The notes below the pieces were generated by a model, which made no database searches, was not told where the DNA came from, and saw nothing but the letters and a program-made list of their open reading frames with translations. Shown in pieces: positions 18,939 to 27,107 of a DNA stretch of 64,000 bases. This DNA comes from Phycisphaeraceae bacterium (lineage in GTDB: Bacteria; Planctomycetota; Phycisphaerae; Phycisphaerales; Zrk34): the NCBI GenBank assembly GCA_040905565.1, contig JBBDRF010000021.1, positions 101,008-165,007 of the forward strand, given 5' to 3'. The position numbers were made by a program, and so were the translations under genes. The first letter of the stretch is position 1. Each line of letters starts with the position of its first letter.

Positions 18939-19526
18939 ATGACCAAACTAGGCGTCTCCAGCACACAAGCGTACCTGGACAAGATGACACAGATGTTGCA
19001 GCGTCTGGATGCCGACGCCGTTGAAGCTTTTGCTGATGCGGTTTTCGATGCCTGGTGCAAAGACCGCGCGGTGTTCGTCTTCGGCAACGGAGGTAGCGCG
19101 TACAACGCTTCCCATTACGTGGCCGACCTGGTGAAGACGGCGGAGGTGCCCGGTCAGCGACGGCTCCGCGCGTTCAGCCTGTCGGACAATGTCGGCATCC
19201 TTACGGCACTGAGCAACGACGTCAGCTACGACAATACGTTTCTCTATCCGTTGCAGACCTACGCGACCGAGGGCGATCTGGCCGTGGCGATCAGCTGCTC
19301 GGGCAATTCGCCGAACGTCGTGAACGCATGCCAGTGGGCGAAGGATAACGGGATGGATCTGGTGGGCCTGACCGGGTTCGCTGGGGGGCAAGTCGGGCAG
19401 ATCGCGGACATCCACGTGAACATCCCGAGCGAGAACTACGGCGTGATGGAAGACCTCCACATGTCCGTCGGACACATCGTTGCACAGCGGCTTCAGCAGC
19501 GTGTGAAAGAGGCGATCACGGTATGA
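18939..19526 (+). CDS. gmhA: sedoheptulose-7-phosphate isomerase (SIS domain)
   Basis: GNGGSA, TALSND, ISCSGNSPNV, LTGFAGG, EDLH. Confidence 0.85.
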   Translation: MTKLGVSSTQAYLDKMTQMLQRLDADAVEAFADAVFDAWCKDRAVFVFGNGGSAYNASHYVADLVKTAEVPGQRRLRAFSLSDNVGILTALSNDVSYDNTFLYPLQTYATEGDLAVAISCSGNSPNVVNACQWAKDNGMDLVGLTGFAGGQVGQIADIHVNIPSENYGVMEDLHMSVGHIVAQRLQQRVKEAITV

Positions 19527-20818
19527 CTTCAGCGCGGGCGTTGATTCTCGCCGCCGGCAAAGGCACGCGGTTGCGGCCGCTGACCGACCGTGTGCCGAAG
19601 TGCCTTGTGCCGTTGGCGGGACGGCCGTTGCTCGAATACTGGCTGATGCGTCTTGCCGATTCGGGCGTGCGTGAGGCGACCATCAACACGCACGCGCATG
19701 CGCTCAGTGTTGAGAATTACCTCACCGACCTGAACGGCCGCAGGGCGATGAAACTGCGAAGCTCGTTCGAGCCGGAGTTGCTCGGATCGGCCGGGACCAT
19801 CAGCGCCAACGCACGCCTCGCCGACGGTGTTGAGCAGGTTGTCGTGATCTATGCGGACAATCTTTCGGACGTCGATCTGTCCGCAATGCTTGATTATCAC
19901 CGGCAGCATGATGATCCGGTCACGATGATGCTCTTCCGCACGACGACCCCGCACGCCTGCGGCATTGCCGAAATCGACGACCACGATCGTGTGGTGCAAT
20001 TTGTTGAGAAGCCCGAGCGGCCGCCGAGCGATCTTGCGAACGCCGGGGTGTACATATTTGATACCGAGGCTTATCGAGAAGTGGCCGCGATGCGCGCGTT
20101 CGACATCGGCTTCGACGTGTTGCCTCGGTTCGTCGGGCGCATGCGGGGCTGGCAATGGGATGGTTACCACCGGGACATCGGCAACGCCGACGCGTATGAG
20201 CAGGCTCAGCAGGATGTGACGCATTTGAATCTACCGTGGAAGCCGGGCCAGCCACGCCCAGCTGTGTTCTTCGATCGTGACGGCACGCTGATTGAGCAGG
20301 TCGATCGGCTCAGTGATCCGGACCAGGTACGTCTCCTGCCGCATGCTGCGGAATTGCTCCGCCAGCTTCGCGCGGCCGGCTATGCCACCGTGATCGTCTC
20401 AAATCAGTCGGCGGTGGGGCGAGGGCAGATCACCGCTGATCAGGTGCATGCGGTGAACGAACGGATGTGCGTTTTGCTGGCGGCGCATGGGGCAGTGGTC
20501 GATGCCTTGGACTACTGCCCAGCCGTGCCGCGGACTTCGGATCGTACGGTGGCTGAGTGTGTCGATCGCAAACCCGGGCCGGGCATGTTGCATCGTGCCG
20601 CGGAGCAGCTTGATCTTGATCTCGCTGCGTCGTGGATGATTGGCGACATGATCAGCGACGCGCTCGCCGGTTACAATGCCGGTTGCCGGGGCAGTCTGTT
20701 GGTGGCGACGGGGAAGGGGATCACCGAGGCCGAGCAACACGCACTGCGAAAGACGACCGTTGTTCGTGACCTCTACGCAGCCGGGGAGCATGTGCTGCAC
20801 GCCCAGCTTGCAACGTAA
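19523..20818 (+). CDS. fused heptose-1-phosphate guanylyltransferase (HddC-like) and heptose-1,7-bisphosphate phosphatase (GmhB-like HAD)
   Basis: N-terminal LAAGKGTRLRPLT..PK NTP-transferase motif with FVEKP; C-terminal FFDRDGTL, SNQS, RKPGPGML, MIGD HAD motifs. Confidence 0.85.
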   Translation: MTSARALILAAGKGTRLRPLTDRVPKCLVPLAGRPLLEYWLMRLADSGVREATINTHAHALSVENYLTDLNGRRAMKLRSSFEPELLGSAGTISANARLADGVEQVVVIYADNLSDVDLSAMLDYHRQHDDPVTMMLFRTTTPHACGIAEIDDHDRVVQFVEKPERPPSDLANAGVYIFDTEAYREVAAMRAFDIGFDVLPRFVGRMRGWQWDGYHRDIGNADAYEQAQQDVTHLNLPWKPGQPRPAVFFDRDGTLIEQVDRLSDPDQVRLLPHAAELLRQLRAAGYATVIVSNQSAVGRGQITADQVHAVNERMCVLLAAHGAVVDALDYCPAVPRTSDRTVAECVDRKPGPGMLHRAAEQLDLDLAASWMIGDMISDALAGYNAGCRGSLLVATGKGITEAEQHALRKTTVVRDLYAAGEHVLHAQLAT

Positions 20819-20844
20819 CACTAATGCTACAGGGGACGAATCGC

Positions 20845-21843
20845 ATGAAGATCTTGATGACCGGGGCGGCGGGCTACGTCGGTAGCGCGTGCTTGCGATG
20901 GATGATTCGCCAGGGGCACGAGCCCATCGCTTACGACAATCTGCTTGAAGGGAAGAAGGCGGCTGTGCCGGAGGGGCGGCTGGTCGTGGGCGACATCCTT
21001 GATGTCGAGGCCCTGACGCAGGCGATGCGGGAGCATCAGATCGAAGCGGTCATGCACTTCGCCGCCCTCGCGTCGGTCCCCGATTCCATCGCGCAGCCGG
21101 AGCGCTATTGGCGTGTGAATGTGCTGGGTACGAAGAACGTGCTGGACGCGATGCAGGCGGCGGGGGTCGATCGCATCCTCTTCTCCAGCACGGCCGCAAC
21201 GTACAGCTTCGATGTCGAGATGCCGATCACCGAAGACTCGCCGCAGATTCCGCAGACGCCGTACGGCACGACCAAGCTTTCAGCGGAATTCATGATCAAG
21301 GACTACTGCCGCGCGAACAACTGGGGCTGTACGCTGCTGCGCTACTTCAACGCAGCTGGGGCCGATCCCGATGGACAGTTCGGCGAGGACCACAGCAAAG
21401 AAACGCACCTGATTCCGCTGATCCTGCAGGCGGCAGTCGGCAAGCGCGACAAAGTGATGCTCTTCGGTGATCAGTGGGACACGCGCGACGGAACCTGTGT
21501 GCGCGACTTCGTTCACACCGAAGATCTTGCCCAGGCGCATCAGCGTGCCATCGAGGCGCTCCAGCCGGGCGAAACGCGAATCTACAACATCGGCTCGGGC
21601 ACCGGCACCACGGTGCTCGAGGTGCTGCGCACGTGTGAGGAAGTAGCAGGGCGAGCGATCCCCTACGAAGTCGCTCCGCCCCGGCCGGGCGACCCCGCGG
21701 TGCTGGTCGCTTCGCCTCAGCGGTTGATCGATGAACTGGGATGGGAGCCGCATTACCCTGGCATTCGCGACATCGTCGAGACTGCCTGGCGCTGGCATAG
21801 TACCCACCCCGACGGCTATGCCACCACCTCTACCAGGGTGTAA
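20845..21843 (+). CDS. galE: UDP-glucose 4-epimerase
   Basis: GAAGYVGS, MHFAA, FSSTAA, PYGTTK, LRYFNAAGA, ETHLIP, DGTCVRDFVH. Confidence 0.9.
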   Translation: MKILMTGAAGYVGSACLRWMIRQGHEPIAYDNLLEGKKAAVPEGRLVVGDILDVEALTQAMREHQIEAVMHFAALASVPDSIAQPERYWRVNVLGTKNVLDAMQAAGVDRILFSSTAATYSFDVEMPITEDSPQIPQTPYGTTKLSAEFMIKDYCRANNWGCTLLRYFNAAGADPDGQFGEDHSKETHLIPLILQAAVGKRDKVMLFGDQWDTRDGTCVRDFVHTEDLAQAHQRAIEALQPGETRIYNIGSGTGTTVLEVLRTCEEVAGRAIPYEVAPPRPGDPAVLVASPQRLIDELGWEPHYPGIRDIVETAWRWHSTHPDGYATTSTRV

Positions 21844-21931
21844 TTCCCCGCCGGCCCCGGGCGCAATACTCGGGTGATGATCCGGTAGTTCGCCGGGAAC
21901 GGCAGCGAAGCGGCGGTCCGTAACATGGGCC

Positions 21932-23137
21932 ATGCTTACGTTGCTGGACGCGATATTGTGGGGAATCTTGTGGGGAAGCGCGATCATCCTGCTCATCCCC
22001 AGCACGGTTTTACTGGTCGAATGCTTCGCTTCGCTTTTGCCTGCAAGGCGGGAGAGCAAGCCAATCCAACGCGACGATGGACAACGGGGGCGCGTCGCGG
22101 TGCTGGTGCCTGCTCACGATGAAGCGAGTGGCATCGCAGCCACCGTCGATGCGATCGCCTCACAGTTGAGGGCGGGCGACCGCCTGCTCGTGATTGCTGA
22201 CAATTGCACCGACGCCACCGCAGCCGTCGCGCGTGAAGCAGGGGCCGACGTCACCGAACGCCATGACGTTCAGCAGGCGGGCAAAGGGTACGCCTTGGCG
22301 CACGGGGTGGCGCTGCTCGCGGAGAATCCGCCGGACGTCGTGGTCGTCGTGGATGCGGATATGGAACTCGCGGCCGGTTCGCTCGATGCCCTGGCGCTTC
22401 AGGTTCATCGCACCGGGCGGGCCGTTCAGTCGGTGAACCTGCTGGACACACCGATCAATCCTGGGCCGCGTGATCACGTGGCAAGTTTGGCTTTCGCCGT
22501 GAAAAATCTGGTTCGGCCGCGGGGCCTTCTAAGGCTGGGGCTGCCGTGCCATTTGATGGGAACCGGAATGGCCCTGCCCTGGGAAGCGGTCAGACAGGCG
22601 AACCTGGCGACGGGGAATATCGTCGAGGACATGCAACTGGGCTTAGATCTCGCCGCCAGCGGCCATGCAGCAAGCCTCTGCGAAGGCGCTCGTGTGAGCG
22701 GTCGATTCCCCAGCCGTGAACGCGCCGCCCGGACGCAACACGCACGCTGGGAACAGGGCCATCTGCAGACGCTGTTCACACAGGTGCCGCGTCTGCTGCG
22801 GGCCGGCATACTTGGGCGACATCCCGAAGCACTGATCCTGGCGCTTGATCTCTGCGTGCCGCCGCTGTCGCTGCTGGTGATGGCGCTGCTGGCGGGCGCG
22901 ACGCTGGCGAGTAGCTTGTCGCTGGCAGGTGTGGCGGCACCGGTCGGCCCAATGTTCGCCGCCAATGGCATGGTGCTGACAGCCGTGTTGATCGGCTCCG
23001 TCGGAGCCGGACGAGGACGTCAGACGTGGCGCGCCATTGTCGCCGTGCCGCTGTATCTGGCGTGGAAACTGCCGCTATACCTCGGCCTGCTCCTCCAGCC
23101 TCACCGCCGCTGGCAACGCACCGAACGCGAGGGGTGA
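21932..23137 (+). CDS. GT2 glycosyltransferase, cellulose-synthase-like, membrane-bound
   Basis: VPAHDE, IADNCTD, GKGYAL, VDAD, IVED, QHARW (QxxRW), flanking TM helices. Confidence 0.88.
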   Translation: MLTLLDAILWGILWGSAIILLIPSTVLLVECFASLLPARRESKPIQRDDGQRGRVAVLVPAHDEASGIAATVDAIASQLRAGDRLLVIADNCTDATAAVAREAGADVTERHDVQQAGKGYALAHGVALLAENPPDVVVVVDADMELAAGSLDALALQVHRTGRAVQSVNLLDTPINPGPRDHVASLAFAVKNLVRPRGLLRLGLPCHLMGTGMALPWEAVRQANLATGNIVEDMQLGLDLAASGHAASLCEGARVSGRFPSRERAARTQHARWEQGHLQTLFTQVPRLLRAGILGRHPEALILALDLCVPPLSLLVMALLAGATLASSLSLAGVAAPVGPMFAANGMVLTAVLIGSVGAGRGRQTWRAIVAVPLYLAWKLPLYLGLLLQPHRRWQRTEREG

Positions 23138-23300
23138 CCGCGACATGCTCGGTCGCTGGGAATCATGTGGCACCTCGTTCGGGCCGATGACAGGTAGATC
23201 GTAGAAGCGAACGTTGGCCATCGGTCCGCGTTCTGGTCTAATGGCTGACTCGGGCCAGCAACAGGCGTCGTGCAGCAATTAGGACAGGGAAGGTGATTTC

Positions 23301-24149
23301 GTGTTCATGGTCGATAAGCCGACGCTCGTTCCTTCTTCGGTAGACGCCGACGGCGAGGCATTGCCCGAGGTCAAGCTCAGTGTTCTGCAATTCACCGCCG
23401 TCGATGAGGCCGCCTGCGTCGCTCACATTGTGCAGCGATCACAGGCTGGCGAGGGGGGTTGGGTGGTCACCCCGAACGTCGACATCCTGCGCATGTGCAC
23501 GACCGATCGCTCAGTCCGGGAGTTGGTGGGGCAGGCGACGCTGACGCTCGCGGACGGCATGCCGTTGATCTGGGCCAGTCGGCTACAGGGCACGCCGTTG
23601 CCCGAGCGTGTCTGCGGCTCCAACCTCATCTTCAGCGTGAGCGCCGCAGCGGCGGACGCAGACCTTTCCGTGTTCATGCTCGGCGGAGGCAAGCCCGACA
23701 CGGCCGACAAAGCGGCGAACGTGCTACGTGAGCGCTATCCAAGAATTCACATCGCCGGCACGTACTTCCCGCCCTTCGGATTCGAGCATGATCAGCAGCA
23801 AATCGCACAAATCGCCAAGGCAGTGCAAGACACTCAGCCGGACATCGTGTATGTTGCCTTGAGTGTGCCGAAGACCGAGAAGTTAATCGCGGCCATTCGG
23901 CATGTGCGGCCCAGCGCGTGGTGGATCGGGGTGGGCATCAGTTTCAGCTTTATCTGCGGTGAGGTGGAGAGGGCGCCTAAATGGATGCAGAAGTCCGGGT
24001 TAGAATGGGTCCATCGACTCATTCAGGAACCGCGCCGCTTGATCGGGCGGTACCTGTTACGCGACGTGCCCTTCGCTTTGCGACTCCTGGCGACGTCGGC
24101 GTGGCGGCGAAAGCGCCGTCCGGTGGCGAGCGATGAGAAAGGCGGGTGA
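23301..24149 (+). CDS. WecB/TagA/CpsF (GT26) glycosyltransferase
   Basis: VVTPNVD, ADGMPL, PERVCGS, PPFGFE, RAPKWMQKSGLEWVHRLIQEPRRL. Confidence 0.92.
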   Translation: MFMVDKPTLVPSSVDADGEALPEVKLSVLQFTAVDEAACVAHIVQRSQAGEGGWVVTPNVDILRMCTTDRSVRELVGQATLTLADGMPLIWASRLQGTPLPERVCGSNLIFSVSAAAADADLSVFMLGGGKPDTADKAANVLRERYPRIHIAGTYFPPFGFEHDQQQIAQIAKAVQDTQPDIVYVALSVPKTEKLIAAIRHVRPSAWWIGVGISFSFICGEVERAPKWMQKSGLEWVHRLIQEPRRLIGRYLLRDVPFALRLLATSAWRRKRRPVASDEKGG

Positions 24150-24165
24150 TGGCATCAACCTTGCT
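24150..24165 (+). promoter_or_regulatory. sigma54 (-24/-12) promoter upstream of the exosortase-Wzc operon
   Basis: TGGCATCAACCTTGCT has exact GG-N10-GC spacing and lies at the start of the intergenic gap before the six-gene module. Confidence 0.6.
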
Positions 24166-24326
24166 GAACATCTATCGGGGCGGCTGCGCCGCATGGCCAC
24201 CGTGGCTGCAGGTGAACGCAAGATTCGCCGAAGTCGGGTCCGCAACCTGCCGAACTATACATTAACGCGCTGCGTAAGGTTACCGGTAGTGAAGTTAATG
24301 GCGGTTTTAGATAGAGGTCTTCAAAC

Positions 24327-25451
24327 ATGCTCGGAAAGACCGGGCGCGAACATACCACCACTGGACCCAACGGTCGTGAGGACCGCGGCAGTCGCAGTGG
24401 CTCAATCCCAACGCCGATCCCTCACAGAGGCATCGATCGGGGTGAGAACGTTTTGACAGAGCAGGTAAATTCAACGGTGGATGCAAAGGCGCACGGAGAG
24501 ACAGGCGACACGACTCGACCGCACCGCGCGGGCGCGCTGGACCGCTTGCGATCCGTGGTGCTGCTGGCGGGCGGCGTACGCGAAACCAAACTCTCCTCCA
24601 TTCTCCCGAGTTCGCTGCTCGACCTGCCCCTGGAAAGCAACCTCACGGTCCTCGATCAGCTGATGCAGCAGACCGATGACCTCGCAACCCATCTCGGACG
24701 CGAATCGCTGGACGTACGGCTGTTGATCGGTCGCCTGAGCAAGGACTTCGCCGTATCGCCCGAAGCTTCCCGGTCGAACGTTTGCGTCGAACGTGACCCC
24801 TTCGATTACCGCGGCACCGGAGGCGTCCTTCGCGATATCGGAACAAAATACGAAGAAGACGACCTGGTGCTGGTCGGCAACGGCTCGCAGGTTTTCGTCG
24901 ACCCACTGCGTGAACTGGCCGAGTCCCTCGCGGCTGACGGCGGCGACGTGGGCGTGGTCGCGCATCGTGACGGCACACCCAGCGGTCTGATGCTCGTTCG
25001 CTGCGGCTGCCTTAAGGCCATCCCCGCCAGCGGCTTCATCGACATGAAGGAACAGGCGCTGCCGTTGATCGCGCAGCATCATCGCGTGATGGTCACCATG
25101 CGCGACAGGCCGAGCACGCTGCCGATTCGCACGCTGACCGATTATCTCTACGCGTTACGCCTCCATCATCTTCGGGCGAAGGATCAGACCGCCCTCGATG
25201 ATCCCTTCCGCGAGGATTTCGAGCCGACCTTCGGCGTGGTGCAGGAAGGGGCGGATGTCGACCCCTCCGCCCGTGTCCACGACTCGGTCGTCCTCCGCGG
25301 CGCCAAGGTCGCAGCAGGGGCAATCCTCGTTCGTTCACTCGTCTCCAGCGGTGCGACGGTCCGGCGCGATCAACGGATTGTCGATCGACTGGTGGGCTCG
25401 CCCGCCATGGCGCGAAGGCGACAGAAGAACGTGGAGGCCGCCGATGAGTGA
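24327..25451 (+). CDS. degenerate NDP-sugar pyrophosphorylase-like protein (NTP-transferase fold plus LbH tail)
   Basis: VVLLAGG, YRGTGGVL and C-terminal hexapeptide repeats (VDPSARVHDSVVLRGAKV), but no GxGTRL/PK motif. Start uncertain (24327 or 24453). Confidence 0.65.
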   Translation: MLGKTGREHTTTGPNGREDRGSRSGSIPTPIPHRGIDRGENVLTEQVNSTVDAKAHGETGDTTRPHRAGALDRLRSVVLLAGGVRETKLSSILPSSLLDLPLESNLTVLDQLMQQTDDLATHLGRESLDVRLLIGRLSKDFAVSPEASRSNVCVERDPFDYRGTGGVLRDIGTKYEEDDLVLVGNGSQVFVDPLRELAESLAADGGDVGVVAHRDGTPSGLMLVRCGCLKAIPASGFIDMKEQALPLIAQHHRVMVTMRDRPSTLPIRTLTDYLYALRLHHLRAKDQTALDDPFREDFEPTFGVVQEGADVDPSARVHDSVVLRGAKVAAGAILVRSLVSSGATVRRDQRIVDRLVGSPAMARRRQKNVEAADE

Positions 25452-26406
25452 GACGCCCGAACTGGCGAGAAGCGGTCACGCAACGCAGTCATGGTCCACG
25501 CGATCGATGCCCAGTTTCCTCGTGCGCAACGGATGGACGCTGTGGCACCCGCTGATGGCGCTGCTGTTGATGACGCTGGGCGTGATGGTCACGTGGGAAG
25601 CGTGGGCCGATATCTTCCGGATCGCCAGCTACGACGAAGAGTCCAGCCAGATTTATCTCGTCTTCCCCATCTTCGCCTGGCTTGTCTGGGTCCGGCGCGA
25701 ACGGCTGCGACACTGCATCCCGCGAGGCCAGTTCATCGGCGTGGCGATCATGCTCGTCGGCTGGATCCTCACGTCCTACGGCTACTACAACGCCATCCAA
25801 TCGTTCTGGCACGGTGGGGCGGTGCTGGTCGTCGCAGGCGGTTTTCTGGCCGTCGCCGGTAAGGATGTGCTGCGACGCTTCCTTCCCGCGTTCGTCGTAC
25901 TCGTCTTCCTCGTGCCGGTGCCCGGTCGGCTCCGACTGGCGATCGCCGAGCCTCTTCAGGGTTATCTCGCCGTCATCACGCAGGTTATCTTTGACCTGCT
26001 CGGCGTGGAGGTTGAACGGGCCGGCCACACGCTGCAAATCAACGGCACGCAGGTCGCGATCGCCGAAGCCTGCAACGGCCTTCGGATGGTCTTCTCGCTG
26101 GTGCTGGTGTCCTACGGGTTCGCGTTTGGAACGCCGTTGCGGAACTACGTGCGTGCGATCATTGTTCTTGCGAGCCCGATGTCCGCGATTCTTACGAACG
26201 TGGTCCGTATGATTCCAACGGTCTGGCTTTATGGATGGAGCGGAGAAACCGTCATGGGCATGCCCGGCGACGAGGTCGCCAACACGTTCCATGACTGGGC
26301 GGCATGGCCGATGGTGATCGTCGCATTTCTGATCCTGATGGCCATCATCAAGGTTTTGCGGTGGGCGTTGATACCGGTGACACCTTATACACTCGCGCGA
26401 GGCTAG
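25444..26406 (+). CDS. exosortase (EpsH family)
   Basis: Polytopic membrane protein with Cys-Arg-His triad: IAEACNGLR, TNVVRMI, NTFHDW. Confidence 0.92.
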   Translation: MSETPELARSGHATQSWSTRSMPSFLVRNGWTLWHPLMALLLMTLGVMVTWEAWADIFRIASYDEESSQIYLVFPIFAWLVWVRRERLRHCIPRGQFIGVAIMLVGWILTSYGYYNAIQSFWHGGAVLVVAGGFLAVAGKDVLRRFLPAFVVLVFLVPVPGRLRLAIAEPLQGYLAVITQVIFDLLGVEVERAGHTLQINGTQVAIAEACNGLRMVFSLVLVSYGFAFGTPLRNYVRAIIVLASPMSAILTNVVRMIPTVWLYGWSGETVMGMPGDEVANTFHDWAAWPMVIVAFLILMAIIKVLRWALIPVTPYTLARG

Positions 26407-26426
26407 CCGGGGCAAAGGAATTTCTT

Positions 26427-27107
26427 ATGACGCGGAAAACGACATTGCGTCTCGCCGCTCCACTGGTGGCCCTGTTGATGCTCGGTGCGCAGGCCGCGGA
26501 GACCCTGCAGAGGCCCCGCGCCGTGGAGGCAGAGCCTTACCACAAGATGGTCCACGAGAAGCACACCGAACTGCCGGAGCAGATCGGGCGGTGGTCCGGG
26601 ACGGATGGCGAGGTCGTTGAGGCAGCGGTGCAGTTGCTGAGGCCGAACTTCATCTACAACCGCCGATTCGTGAACGAATCCACCGGTCGCCAGGTCAGCG
26701 TTCTGCTGGTACATTGCAAGGACGCCCGCGATCTGGATGGCCATTACCCGCCGCGGTGTTACCCCAATCAAGGGTATGAAATCTCCCAGGCCACCCCGCG
26801 CGACTGGGTGGTCGATGGGGTCGAAATTGAAGCGATGGAATATAATTTTTCATCGCGGATGTTTGGACACAAAAATCTGATTGTTCACAATTTTATCATC
26901 ATGCCCGACGGCACGTTCGCGCGTGACATGAATACTGTGGAACAAGCGGCTGGAGATTTCACCCGCCGCTTTTATGGTGCCGGTCAAGTCCAGATTGTAT
27001 TTGGCGATCGGGCCATGGACCCTGAAGAACGCGATGCCGTAACTAGAGAAATGATCCAGGCGCACCTGCCTGTCATCGAAGCGATACGAACCGGAGCGAC
27101 TCCATGA
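26427..27107 (+). CDS. exosortase-associated EpsI family protein
   Basis: Directly follows the exosortase; signal anchor, LPEQIGRWSG and HYPPRCYPNQGY motif. Confidence 0.85.
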   Translation: MTRKTTLRLAAPLVALLMLGAQAAETLQRPRAVEAEPYHKMVHEKHTELPEQIGRWSGTDGEVVEAAVQLLRPNFIYNRRFVNESTGRQVSVLLVHCKDARDLDGHYPPRCYPNQGYEISQATPRDWVVDGVEIEAMEYNFSSRMFGHKNLIVHNFIIMPDGTFARDMNTVEQAAGDFTRRFYGAGQVQIVFGDRAMDPEERDAVTREMIQAHLPVIEAIRTGATP

